A stretch of 64,000 nt of DNA. It comes from Pavona decussata (Eukaryota). The notes under the pieces were generated by a model that did not search any database, had not been told where the DNA came from, and saw only the letters and a program-made list of their open reading frames with translations. Positions 37,001-47,900 of this stretch are shown here, in pieces. The DNA lies in NCBI GenBank assembly GCA_977016875.1, contig CDRNST010000004.1, positions 682,001-746,000 of the forward strand. The letters are read 5' to 3'. The stretch's first letter is position 1, and each line of letters starts with the position of its first letter. The position numbers and the translations under genes were made by a program.

Positions 37001-39402
37001 TATCTAATTTCTCGTACTACCAGACATGGCACTGAAGAACTGATCGAATATTTAAAAAGCGAATATTGCAAGCAATTATTGGCTAATTTGAGTGGATCGT
37101 AGCGCTTTCGTGGGGAAGGTGAACTATATTTTTTTAATTGCATTTTTGGAAATAATACATAGTACTAAACAATCACAGAAAGTTTGAGAAAAATTGCACG
37201 ACAACGATGATTCGAGGGAATCACTTTGAACAGGTTTTCTGTAACACCCAAATTTTGAGTAACTGACCCTCTTTTTGTAATATCCAGTTGCAATCTAGTT
37301 CCATGTTAGCTTGCAGGAAATATCTCCCATCAGTCCACAAGGCAGCCTTTGTTGCAGTCACAATAGCAGTCCCTGAAAAACATATCATTTGTACGAGTAG
37401 CTTACTATGACTTGGTGACACATCACATCAGAAGTGTAAAAGGTTCTGTTCTATTTCTAAAAAAATATGATTGATACCGCGAGATCCGCTAAATCCAGAA
37501 ATGAACTCCCTCCTCTGATGCTGAGGTGCAACATCTTCACTCTGCAAAAGTTGCGATATGAACACATTACCAGACATGCACATGAGGCCGGAGATGATCT
37601 ACATACGTGGATTCGCCATGAATAGGAGGAAGTGAAAATGTCACGCTTCAAAGACCATTCAAATATGTCAAATATAACCGCAGGAAACAGATTTCCCAAT
37701 CTTTTACAAGAGGAGGTTGAGGGGGAGGGGTGAGATATCTTTGAATTCTGTCACAAAAGGTTCTTTTCAGGCCTACATTTATGAGAAACTTCTCATAACA
37801 GAGTTTTTAAGGAGTTTGTTTAGTGCTAGCTTCAAGTGCCTTTGAAACACATTACATTTTATTTTTTGGCGTTTTTCTGTAGTTCATAATTCTTATGAAG
37901 ACTACGACCTTTTTTATAGTAAACATATTTCGGATTAAAAATCTTAATCCATCTTTAATAGAGAACCCGCTATCAAAAAAGTCAACCTTCATAAAAATTA
38001 AGACATGCCTGCTGGCTCTATAAAAATTTAGTTCATAATATCCAAAGAATGAAGATAAATAATCAAATCACGAAAAGAACAAGGCATCGAAGATGAACAA
38101 TCTTAAGGTGCACTTCCACTGTCGCGTACAGTTTTACATGCATACATGTACGGACGTAAATAAATGTGTGAGCCACTTATGTAAACGTAAACGTTGAACA
38201 GCCCTCAACTTTTCAGACGTCGCAAGACGTTCATACATCAGCTATTTATTTACGTCCGTATGCACGTAAGCTGTACGGGAAAGCGAATTATCAACAAGCA
38301 CAAGGACCATTACCCGTTAGCCAGGTCACGTTCCTGGCCATCAGCTGAAGGAAATAGAATGAACAGCCATTTAACACAAAAAGAGCAATGCACATCAATA
38401 GCAGCAGTCGGGTAATGGCCATTATTACAGATGTTATCACACATATATTTCATTTCTTCCTGGCTGTTTAATTTGCTGTATGTAACATGTGTAATGGTCA
38501 ATAAGGCTGTTAAAAAAATACCTGATGTGCGTCAATGGACGGGACGATGTAAGCTTGTAATCCTCCTCCGTTTAGCTTGGACATAATATTTCTTAAATCC
38601 GACAAACGCTTGGTTGTGTTCACTGAGGTTCGTGGCAAAAACTAAAACGAATAGTAATAAATCAAATTACTATTCCAAGTGAACTGGCCTATATATTGCA
38701 CGCCGATTTTGTTGAATCTCTTTCTACCGACTCTGTTTCAAGTTAAAAGGTAACCGTGGGAATCTCCTGGAATCTCAAATCAAAATTTTTCACCCGTATA
38801 AGCCGTGGGGATGATTGACATATTATCTTGTTCCTGAGTACCTCCCATTTGTGTGGAAAAAAAAAAAAGAAACAGTTGTTCCATTGGGAAATTAAACGAA
38901 ACGGTATTCTTATTTAACTCGTTTTTACTTTAATTATCGGAACATCACCATTTGCTTCATCACGCTATTACCTTGCTAATAGATCCTAAAATTTCTAGTG
39001 GAAAGGACTGTTCCATTTGATTCCGTATCGGAGCAACCGGTTTTTACATACAAATGGAAAACGCTAAAGAATTGTACTGGTCCATTTAGCGGAATATTGC
39101 ACCAGTGTCTCCATACAACCTGTCTTGTATCACTAACCTGTGGCTTTTGTTTCGAACAGATTCGCTGCTCAATCGGATCATGGAAGAAATTAAAAACATT
39201 TGGAATTTCTGCCAGTCCTTCAACAAAAACGACAGGGAAACAGATTGAATATGTGGTTACAAATTATCATCAGGTCGAAAATGTCACATCCTAATGACAA
39301 TGAATAAGAAAACCTAACAAAATAAAGCAGTAGTGATCAAAAGACAATCCACTCACCAGAAGACATCATTACTGTGAGGATTACAAACCCTATAGCAACC
39401 AT
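4004..39402 (-). CDS. XPNPEP: Xaa-Pro aminopeptidase (aminopeptidase P, peptidase M24B; XPNPEP1/XPNPEP2 family), 26 coding exons, 668 aa, N-terminal signal peptide
   Basis: Exons in transcription order: 39402-39357, 39217-39138, 38641-38522, 37541-37478, 37372-37268, 36070-36030, 35550-35499, 34950-34928, 34852-34732, 34261-34166, 33055-32974, 31038-30879, 30077-30033, 29804-29718, 28929-28879, 28418-28354, 27838-27761, 27543-27472, 26111-26051, 24883-24814, 24365-24261, 23516-23442, 8678-8602, 8105-8058, 6685-6635, 4135-4004. All introns are GT-AG, phases match, and the total of 2007 nt is open. Motifs: [90 protein letters not shown]. All five metal ligands (D, D, H, E, E) are intact. Confidence 0.95.
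4743..6460. repeat. inverted repeat pair (~4743-4925 and ~6295-6460): one long-TIR element or two opposed copies
   Basis: The outer 26 nt are identical in inverted orientation (AATACACCGTATTCACAAATGGCGGA), followed by about 150 nt of diverged similarity. Confidence 0.7.
6719..6881. repeat. long perfect palindrome/hairpin
   Basis: 6751-6805 is the exact reverse complement of 6807-6861 (55 bp, 1-nt loop); 6719-6738 pairs exactly with 6862-6881 after a 12-nt bulge. Confidence 0.97.
6907..7380. mobile_element. old Harbinger-like MITE with an internal fragment of another repeat
   Basis: Degenerate TIRs GGCTCCGTTCACACAAATGCGTTTTC / GAAAACGCATTAGTCTGAAGGGAGCG. Confidence 0.55.
8830..8945 (-). mobile_element. 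tRNA-derived SINE (family B)
   Basis: Reverse complement matches 48195-48315 (CTGTAGCTCAGTGGTAGAGCAT...AGTATGCCTGT). Confidence 0.65.
9768..9873. mobile_element. 106-bp hairpin MITE with TAG termini and 9-bp TSD (AcademH-like non-autonomous element)
   Basis: 48-bp perfect arms TAGCCTGCGAACG...; exact TSD GCCGCCGGG at 9759-9767 and 9874-9882. Confidence 0.85.
13194..14204 (-). CDS. Orphan rhodopsin-like (class A) GPCR, uninterrupted CDS, 336 aa, copy 1 (nested in aminopeptidase intron 22)
   Basis: Seven hydrophobic segments with GN (TM1), LCTAD (TM2), C3.25, ERF (DRY-like), VP (TM6), GPFIY (NPxxY variant), FR helix 8 and an N-glycosylated N-terminus. The true ATG is at 14204; the ORF track's TTG start adds 15 codons. 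Residue 3.32 is Ser, not Asp. Confidence 0.93.
   Translation of the reverse strand: MAGNNSTDQQEGNCNGTRTNCTNFYLEETVIPFIISVKCVVIIAAVCGNSLVIIAFYKFSSLRTASNVILVSLCTADSLIVVSFIINISKLSLYLSSRDVDMLKSVCMVEAPFSFTLTAVIILHLALISVERFIAIKFSLRYHTIVTYRRALFASISVWLWAVAVILVFPQALRASNNDAYKHLVHAMHPSYKPKKCHSLIKGYLIFMVTTMFVIPLVIILCSYGYIFLVSKKHRKQIREQGNFPDISTIKREMKGARTLAIVVAVCLLGIVPLLISTSLRFFDKLPDDDYHREIKYIKHIVHALAFCLNAVCGPFIYGWRNEQFRDAFRRLLKCA
16571..16600 (+). mobile_element. Penelope-like LTR fragment with degenerate minimal hammerhead motif (duplicated at 22458-22487)
   Basis: CTGGCGAAGGGCTAACGCTCGAAACGTC versus the recalled CTGACGAAGGGCTAACGCTCGAAACGTC motif; a core A is changed to G. Confidence 0.55.
17900..18340. 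mobile_element. ~440-bp repeat insertion specific to duplication copy 2
   Basis: Absent from the paralogous site at ~11618-11646, where the flanks GAGTTCAGATA and GACTCGGTA are only about 30 nt apart. Confidence 0.7.
19970..21001 (-). CDS. Orphan rhodopsin-like (class A) GPCR, uninterrupted CDS, 343 aa, copy 2 (nested in aminopeptidase intron 22)
   Basis: Close paralog of 13194-14204 with GN, LCTAD, ERF and canonical NPVIY; ATG at 21001. Confidence 0.93.
   Translation of the reverse strand: MDGNYSTDQQEGNCNETSTNSTNFHIEETVIPFIRISIQCVVIIAAVCGNSLVIIAFYKFSSLRTASNVILVSLCTADSLIVISFIINISTLSAFLSSHDVHMLKSVCKVEASFSFTLTAVIILHLALISVERFIAIKFSLRYHTIVTNRRALFASIAVWLWAVAVTLVFPQALRASNNDAYGDLVHAMHPCHKQKKSHSRGSTPALTNGYLIFLVTSMLVIPLVIILCSYGYTFLVSNKHRKQIRDQGNFPDISIKREMKGARTLAIVVVVCLLSIVPLLITTSLRFFGKLPDDDCRRRKLKYFKYIVHAFAFCLNAVCNPVIYGWRNEQFREAFRRLLKCA
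21305..22376 (+). mobile_element. putative Helentron-associated non-autonomous element (HINE/DINE-like), 3'-truncated
   Basis: Starts in a T-run; subTIR GGTTTCAGC (21308-21316), nearby inverted copy GCTGAAACC (21328-21336), (AAGT)-like microsatellite, and 3' subTIR GCTGAAAC (22369-22376). Absent from copy 1. Confidence 0.5.
21977..22329. mobile_element. Tc1/mariner-type MITE nested in the previous element
   Basis: Perfect 25-bp TIR CAGTCAACCCAGGTCACGCGTGAAC with TA TSD on both sides. Confidence 0.85.
22578..22913. mobile_element. MITE with long repetitive TIRs and 10-bp TSD (Mutator-like by TSD length)
   Basis: GGT...ACC termini, internal CGAAAACGAAGCAC repeats, TSD TTATTATAAT at 22568-22577 and 22914-22923; empty site in the paralog at ~16687-16696. 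Confidence 0.85.
23847..24240. mobile_element. TTAA-target MITE (Kolobok-like)
   Basis: TIR GGACAGTGCCTACT / AGTAGGCACCGTCC; flanks TTAC and TTAA. Confidence 0.7.
26776..27093 (+). mobile_element. tRNA-derived SINE with V-domain-like core and (TTACAT)n/T-rich tail
   Basis: A-box TGGCGCGGTG, B-box GGTTCGATTCC, core CGGGCACTCAGGTTCTCCTCTCTCCACAAAAA, simple-repeat tail. Confidence 0.75.
29242..29474. mobile_element. MITE-like element with long inverted repeats
   Basis: CAGGGATTTGGTTGGCTTAGTGGCCATGGTGTATGAGCCATT is inverted at ~29401-29442. Confidence 0.7.
30170..30276. repeat. (TTG)n/(TTTG)n microsatellite
   Basis: Direct inspection. Confidence 0.9.
30593..30702 (-). mobile_element. SINE family A 3' fragment
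   Basis: Reverse complement of ~63275-63380. Confidence 0.6.
31255..31425. mobile_element. two opposed relics of the hammerhead-bearing repeat seen at 40585-40903
   Basis: The - strand reads ATGCTGAGTCCTAACAAGGAGGAAACAACTGTCCATGGC; the + strand reads CGAAAGCACTGCTGACCATGGCTGCTACT...GTGTGCGCAAG. Confidence 0.55.
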
Positions 39403-40584
39403 TATAACCACTCCAAAACACCTCACAATTGAGAGGAAATGTGCCAGCTACATCTCAGATTAAGTGGAAATGTTAGTTTCTATTTAAAAAACAGCTCTGA
39501 GAACACAGGAATCAGATATACTGTGAATCACACAATCAAGCACCGGGCTTGTTGTGTGAACAAGTCATGTAAGGCAGGTACCTGTTCTGTAACCATGACA
39601 ACAAACGAACAGCAGTTAAACTCCGGCACAAGTTATACGCTAATTTTCAAAAGTAACGGAAGCGGCACGTTTATCAAACCCACCTCTCCGAGTGTTAGAT
39701 ATATATTTTTCTTAAATGACTAGCATACTGATTCATTTGCGATGAAAGCTATAAACCACCGGAGAATTACAAGTTACGACTTACAAAACTGGATTTTGGA
39801 CTTGTACCACAGAATGTTAGTCGATTAAATTAAGCAAATTATGCTCTAACTATACGTTTGTAACCTTTATCTCTCGGCAATTTGTTTTGGTATATAATAA
39901 AACTTTTATTTTACTAACTCTTGTCGCAGATGACTCAGCCATCTCCTGTATAACCACCTATTTATCCCTATACGCGACAATTCACCATTCCCTGCTCGCG
40001 TTTTTTCAAGCGTGACACCTCAACGGACACTTGCTGATATTTTCCACTCAGTAGCAAGCTATTATATCCTGGTACATGAAATTATCAAATTCATCAATTT
40101 CTTTTAATTTTAATCACGGCTCCTCTTCTTCAGTTAATAATCAACAAATATTTCACCAAGGCATAAAAATTAGCTGTTAAACTTGGTGATCCCAAACTGC
40201 AATAAGTTGACGATTTTCTCTTTCAAACGACAACCCAATATAAAAAATGAAATTGTTGATGAAATCCCACTTTAGAGGAAACCAGGAAATCCTGTTTACG
40301 AAAGAGCTTCATGTGAAATGGGAGTTTGGAAACACAACATGTTATCGATAATGTTGACTATAATATAAACTAGTTATTTCTCATAGCGGCCTACGTGAAT
40401 GTAATCATATAGATTTCCTCTCAAATTTGCCTAGTATTTAACCGTTAAATCATCCATTACATCCCTCTATTTGTTCATAAGGTCTACGTTAATTACCTCA
40501 TTTCTTAATCTATGTATTCACTGATCCTTTTACTAACAAATTCATCCAAGTGTGCAACCCTGAACTCACGCAATTATAAGCCTG

Positions 40585-40903
40585 GCCTGTACCTTATGCA
40601 TGCGCACAGCCATATCGCCCGGGCAGTGGCAACTATGGACAGCTGTTCCGGACTTGTTAGGCCTCATCAGCATGGCATAGCCGTCGGACACCGAACGACC
40701 AGAAGACCGTGTATCGGGCACCCTTTTACTGCCGAGGCGGGTGTAAAACACCCTTTTAAGCACAAATGTGGTAGCTGTTGGCGGGGAACCGCACGGTAGT
40801 TCTCCCACGGCATGCGTTGGGAAGGTGGATCGGCCTTTACGGTAGTAAAGACAATTAAAGCAGGTGACACTCAGACACCAACCCACGGTCTGGCCAGTAC
40901 CTT
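40585..40903 (-). mobile_element. interspersed repeat containing a minimal type-I hammerhead ribozyme-like motif (40633-40675)
   Basis: The - strand reads CCATG-CTGATGA-GGCC-TAACAA-GTCC-GGAA-C-AGCT-G-TC-CATAG; the GAAA core is mutated to GGAA. Confidence 0.65.
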
Positions 40904-42504
40904 TAATTAATCGTCTTATTGATTTTACTGATCACTCGCATCACAAGTAGAAAACAATGCTGCCACTGCACATGGTCAAACTGACCGCATGAGCAATCAG
41001 GAACTTCTTGCGTCTCTGATGAATGGCTTGACTCCACCGTCCGAAGAGGAGCAAAATGGGATAAACTGTTTTCTCCCTTAAAGTAAGTTAGAATATGACA
41101 GACATGATATTTCCGAAATTTGTTTTTGCATTCCTTGAGTTTAAATTGAGTTTATTCAACAGCAGCCACGAACGCAACATGAAAATCTATAACAGTACCT
41201 ACAATTCCTAATAGATAACAATCTGAACACGACATCAAGAATGTCTCAGCCTTCGCGAGCCGCGTGACTCGTTTTGAAAATATCAGAGAGACATGTATTA
41301 TACTGATTGGAATTGTGCACCTAAATGTGCTTGTAGCATTACCGACCAGGAGTAAAATACTACACATCATTGTAAAGCGCGCGATTCGGTTCAACATCCT
41401 ATGCTTCATTGTGCCAAACGGCGATACCCAATCCCATCCACTTTACGAGCAGCGGTACACACAAAAACCACAGCAATCATTATAACTCGGTGATTTCCGT
41501 TGACATGATTGATAAGAATATTTTTAGCCTTACATCGGCAGAAAAACTGGGCCGGAAAAAAAATATTCTTATAAAAAGAAAAGATACTGGGTTCAGGTAC
41601 TTGTTCAGACGACCCTCAATTGGAACAAATACCTTCGTGATTATGATGATTTGATTATAGCAGAATATTTACTTCATGTTTGGCCAATTAATTATCAGTC
41701 GAACTTATTACCGCAAACATCCTTCAGTTGCATCCATTGCGGCATTTTTCTGATTACTTTGTAAGTCTAATTTGGTCCCTACTACATTACTAGAGGCTGT
41801 TAGTGATTTCGGTTATCATCTTGGAAAATGTAATGTCAGTTTTCAACAGGATCATTCAGTAGTAGTATAGGGTCTGCAAAATTAAGCATCGTTAGGGTGT
41901 AGGTAACGGTATAGGTATAGGTAAATCATTAATATGTATAAGCTCGGTTGGGGTATAGATAACAGTATAGGTACAGGTAAACGAATCAGTGTCTCCCTCC
42001 ATACCAATAAGTGAGTTCTTGCACATTTATTTGTATTTCCTGAAAACTGACGAAGTGAGTTCCCCCATACTAACTAGTGGATAAGTTTACTACTGATCGT
42101 CACTCTTACATAATAGAAAAAATATACTTGCCCAGTGTGAGTCAACACGGATTAGTTTGTACAAAACTCTGGCAAGTTTTCAAAATAAAAGCGCAAATTT
42201 GGCAAGCATTATCATTTCTGAGTCAAATCTTTACATTTGTCATTACAAAATGTTTCCAAACATTCAAGTCGAATTGAAAAATGAGTCGCGTGTTCCTTTT
42301 CATGCACCATTTTGGTATCAACCACCATCGATTTTATTATTTCATTTGTTCAAGGAGCAAACTGTTGTACAGTAACATGTACTGTCGATCTTCCAGAGGG
42401 CCTTGCACTGTCTCCTTGTAAAGAGCAAGGAGTCGAGATATTCATCATCTGACAAAACTGTATTTTCAATTTTCAGACCAATCTCTGTTCGCTCCTGTTA
42501 ATAT

Positions 42505-43450
42505 GGAAATATTATCTTATTTGACAGTCAATATGGTTTTCGAAGTAAAAGCTCTACTTATTACGCAGTCATTAAACTTGTTGATAAAATAACAAAAGGG
42601 GTAGAAAATAATGAATTCATGATCGGTATATTTCTTGATTTATCAAAGGCGCTGAAGAAACTTTGTTCTATGGTTGGTACAAGCGGGAATTGTCATACAT
42701 GGATGAAAGATTACCTCACAAACAGAAAACAAATTGTTAAATATAATAAAATCAGATCAACACAAAATACAATTACATTTGGGGTCTTTTCTTGAATCAA
42801 CACTTTTTCTAATTTTTATATATCATCTAGTTTATTGTTTGCAGAAGATACTAATCTGTTTTGCCCAGGTGAAGACATAAATGAACTCGAATTCACTATA
42901 AATGCGGAGTTAGTTCATGTGCAAGAATGGTTAACACTAAAGCAACTTATACTCCGTGTTAAAAATATAATTTCATTATATTTAAATCACAAAAAAACAG
43001 TTAAATAATCACTGATTCTTAAACTTGACAACAAGAAAAATCAAAGAGCTGACGAAACTGAAAAGGGGTTTTAAAACCATATTCATTATGTAACTAAGAA
43101 GATCATAAAAACTACAGCTATGCTATGTAGAACTCGCTTCTATGTCAGTCAAACACACTTGAAAATGTTATACTATAGTTTAATTCACCCCTTCCTGTGC
43201 TACGGAAATATTGCTGGGCAAATAATTACCCCACAAGGTTGATGAAATTATTTACATTACAAAAGGCACTACGAATTATAACATTCTCGTCATATACCGC
43301 AAAATCTCGTCCTCTTTTTTTATCTAACACTTATCTAACACCGGTTTCGGTTCTTGAGCCTAAAACTTGCGTGAATATCGAAAAGAATTCTTACTCTAAC
43401 CGCTTGTAATTTAACAGAAAAATCTGCCGGGGTATTTTAAAGATATCTCG
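42505..43450 (+). mobile_element. highly decayed CR1/L2-group LINE reverse transcriptase fragment
   Basis: QYGFRSKSST...LVDKI...IGIFLDLSKA, DYLTNRKQIV, LFAEDTNL, LYYSLIHPFL, ALRIITFS, with stops and frameshifts. Confidence 0.85.
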
Positions 43451-44956
43451 ATTTATGCAAAGTAGAAACTTTTTCATTCATCTGCGCTTTATTTTAACTA
43501 TTTTCAAACATAAATATCTTAAAATCGGAGACACCCATGAAGCTCAATATACATTTAGAATGCTTTGCTATGAGCAAGGACCTTTTAACAGAAAAGACAA
43601 AGTGTCAAGTTTTATTTTGTCAGAGATATTGGTGAAAAATGCTGGAATAAACAAAATCACCTCGTAAAAATTGATTCATTATTTACTTGACATCGCTCTT
43701 ACAGATTTTTTTTCTAATTTGTCTAGATTGAGTAGTTTAAATCCCTAAAGTTTCGTCATTAAGTGTCTGACTAGATTTCGAGATAATCGACAATGTTTAA
43801 AATGAGAGGCTATGCGCTTCCGTTGCTATGGTAATAGCTGTTGCTTGGAAACGGATGAGAAAATTAACTTTGATTATGTGTTGAAATGATGAAGTAGTGT
43901 GAAGGAGATCGAAGTTTATCTTATATGCGAGATTGTAATTTCAAAACGTCCACCCTGAATCCAAAAAAACTGCCTCGAGCCTCCTTAAGGCTGAGTAAGA
44001 CAGTTAATATATGGAATAGAACTCCTCTAGGAACAAAACGTTCTTTGTGTATACATTTTTTCAAAAAGAAGGTGAAGTGATTCCTTCTCCTATAATGGTC
44101 ATGATGTGGGCGCAAACTTGTATACTTTATTTTTGCATTTAATAACAACTGTTTTTTGTGTAATTTAGTCGTATGTACCCCAAACCTGATATCCTAATTG
44201 CTTGAGCTTTAGATCTTGTAAGTTAAATGAAAGGCGGACTCTGTTGTAAAAGCCAGTTTAGGGTTTCTATAAACATTCATCCATTCCATGCCAAAACACG
44301 AAGACTCAAAAATGTTCAGAATAAAATCCATTTTTCCCTTGAATATTTGAAATACTTCTTTATGGAACTGTCTAATCAATGGTGGCTTTGAGGATACATC
44401 ACAATTGGTTTTTGTTTTTGTTAGTGTACAGTGTAGTTTCAAAAAACAAAATATGCTCTGGGGGTGAATTGCCGTTTATCAATAAGCAATTAGTTTTTCC
44501 TGTGAGAGCAAATTATTTGGTTCTAGTCGTTTCATCCTAAAACCATTTGTGTTATTAGTTCAGGCAAATGAAAACTCTCGGTAAAAAGATCTGAGTTATT
44601 TATGAACTCAAATAGCGGAAATTTTAGCCAGTTCTTGCTATTGGCAGTTTGACTCCATTCAAAACTGTTAATAATTCATACTTAGATTTAGCAAGAACTA
44701 TTAGTGTTTACAAAGCTGTCTCACTTAGTTTCTGAAAAAAGGGTTCACTGTCGTTTTTTTTTTTTTTTTATCCTCTTGCTTGACACTCTGTATTGCCTTT
44801 TTCGCCCCTTGGCCAATTTACTGGATTTGCTGAATGTTGTCTTTTCATCAGTTACGAATTAAGTCGGCAGATACTTAATATTTAATTATCGTGTGGATAG
44901 CATTTGTTAGCCTAATGTACTCTCTTCAGAGGAAGTCCTTCACTTGTGGAGTTAAC

Positions 44957-47900
44957 ATGTGGCAAATCGTTCTTCGTCTGATTTTTCTCTTCCTTTCTTT
45001 GGAAAAAGTTCATTCCCTTCAAGATAGGTGATGTTTTATTCTTTTATTATATCCGTTTAAGTGAAAAAAATCAAACTTTTTTCAAATCTAATGTGTTTCA
45101 CTTGAAAAACATACTTTAGTCAAAACAGCAAAACACGGTAATGTTTGCATTGTACTTTAATATTTCTACATAATTATAAGTTTATACTTGCAGTGCCGTA
45201 AATATAAAAGAATCCAAAAAATTTTTGATAAACATTGGCGCCGTAATTTTGTAAAGGGAAACCACGAGAGAGGAAATGGTGTTCTAGGTATTCGAAGCAT
45301 GACTCTAAATATGGCTTCCGCTTAGGTTTTCGAACAAGGTTTGTCTCTCAGTGTAATAATTTTTTCTCTTTAAGCATGGGTGCCCAACGGAAACTTTGAA
45401 TTTTATCTCGTGAGTTGCGCTTGTGCAACAAACCAGTTATCGTAGGAAAATGTCAAGTAACTCGCTCGGTTGTTTCATCGTTTCATTGGTCGCTCGATGG
45501 GCTGTAAATTTTCAGCAAATATGAAGTGATTTCACGGCTCGAAAGTAAAAGAAATAGCCTAAAGAATACTCGACCGCCGAAAAGGAGGATATTTGGGATT
45601 TTGAGAATCTCAATTCGATGAACTGTACAAGCTCCCGAACGATTAAACCGATGTTGCTTTCAGAGCGGTAAATGCGGTAAAATATTACCCCTCAGTCCGA
45701 AAGAAAACAGATAAGGAACAAAAGTGAACACAGAATATGCCCCTTCCGGGAGTTGATTCCGAGACGTACAGACTACAAACTCGAGGACTTGCCACCCCAC
45801 CAACCCAGCAACACTTTCCATGCGTTGAAAACAAGCACCTAAGAGTGACGACGCTGATCTATTGAACTGCTGATCAGGACGGCTACAGCGGCATTTCTTT
45901 GCTACATTAGTGAGCAACTGCTGCTAATACTCTTGGTATGAAAATCAAAGAAGCAAATAACTTAACACAATCTGAAATATCATTTCATTCACCTGTTCAA
46001 TTCACGAGTTCGCTCACTGAGTGCTTTGATTCAAGAAGCTGTTTGGTACAAGGAAAATGCAATCTTCTTATCTTCTTAGTAAATCTCAAACATCTATGTC
46101 TTGTCTTAATTACTTTCAACCAAGTCAAGTCCGACCCCATTCAAACAAATAATTTGAGACAGGTAATGTTATTTTTTCAGAGAAAAGGTTGAAAATCTTC
46201 TTGAATCGCTGCTCAAACAGGAAAACTATGACTTAAGAATAAGACCAGATTATGACGGTAAGTTGTTCACATTACTTTCCAAACGAATTTTGTTCAGTCT
46301 TTACATCACTGTTGACGTAACTTTCAACACCCTGAATAAAAACCTCACCTGCTGATGGGCTATTCTTGCCAGCATACGTATTTTTCGTATTTTTCGGTAT
46401 CTAAGAAGTGAAATATTTGGGCCTTATTGTATTTTTTATGCAGGGGGCCCCGTGGTTGTAACCGTGGGGTTTTCTCTGATGTCCATCAACGCCATCGACG
46501 TGGTTGATATGGTTTGTATAAAACCTACTGATAAATTACTACTAGAAATCGTGTCAAAAAACTACCTGTCATTTCTTCATTTACTAGCTTGCAAAATGAA
46601 ATCGGACAAAATCGAGATAAAGGATGTGATGCCGGTACGAATGACATGGCCAACACAAATGAGATACATACTTTTAAAACCCCTGACGCGAAAAAGTTTT
46701 AACAGTGACTACCTAAATCAGAGGNNNNNNNNNNNNNNNNNNNNNNNNNNNNNNNNNNNNNNNNNNNNNNNNNNNNNNNNNNNNNNNNNNNNNNNNNNNN
46801 NNNNNNNNNNNNNNNNNNNNNNNNNNNNNNNNNNNNNNNNNNNNNNNNNNNNNNNNNNNNNNNNNNNNNTTCTCAGCATCCTCACAACTTCCTTCCGACT
46901 TCCTTTAACCCTTAACAACTTTACTGCTGGCGTGGAAGCAGCCGATGACATGCGTCTGCTTGCTTGGTTTGTAGTGCATTTCCAGATTCCTCATGAATCT
47001 TCATTAAGGCGTACAAACATGTAAACATGTAATAAACGATCAATTTTACAGTGAGGACAGTAAAATAACCCGACACATTTTCTTGGGTGGAACCATTCCG
47101 AAAACAAGCCATCGAGCAATTGTTTGCAGTCACCGAAATTTTATATTTAACACAATACCCAAGTACCAGTACCAGTCAAGTCCTCCTATGAAATGTCATA
47201 CAATCCAGCATCGTCACAAGTCTTTAATTTAAAATGGTGTACTTTTCATGGTAAAGCTTTGTCCTACTTGTTTATTGCAGGATTTCACGTTTGACGTGTT
47301 CCTCAGACAACAATGGGTCGACAAGAGGCTCGATCATGGAATTAATGAAACACTTTACCTCAGTAATCACGTGATTGACTATATTTGGATGCCAGACTCT
47401 TATTTTGTGAACGCCAAAGATGGTCAAATGCATGACGTCACAAGCAGTAATGTGATGATCATGCTGGCTCCAGGGGGAATGGTAAAATACAATGCACGGT
47501 AAGCAAGTAAATGAAATAAACGACATGTAACATATCAATCAATATTTTGATATCGATCGCACCAGTTCGTCGGACTAAACTTGTGTCGCTAGATGTTCGC
47601 TCAAATCATCATTTCCGTCGACTTGCTGTTATTGGTCGTAATGGGCACTGCCCTCAGGATCTTAACTGGCCGACTTCCTTTTATAGCTGCCATTCGTCTT
47701 CATACGAGGATCACCACGGTCTATTTTTCCTTAGATTGTTTGATGTGCCAAGACAGTGTCCAGAAAAAGATTCCTCAGGGAATAAGGGAAATAAGGGAAT
47801 AAGGAAAATTTAGGTAAATTCTTGACAAAAGCCAGAATGTGGTAGGTAGTAAAGCATTTGACAGAGCATTTATTCATTGATATTTCAGAATCACTGTTAA

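Noticed and set aside
46452-47024. 190-aa ORF across the N gap
   Set aside because: Artefact: only 46444-46511 is exon; the rest is intron and Ns.
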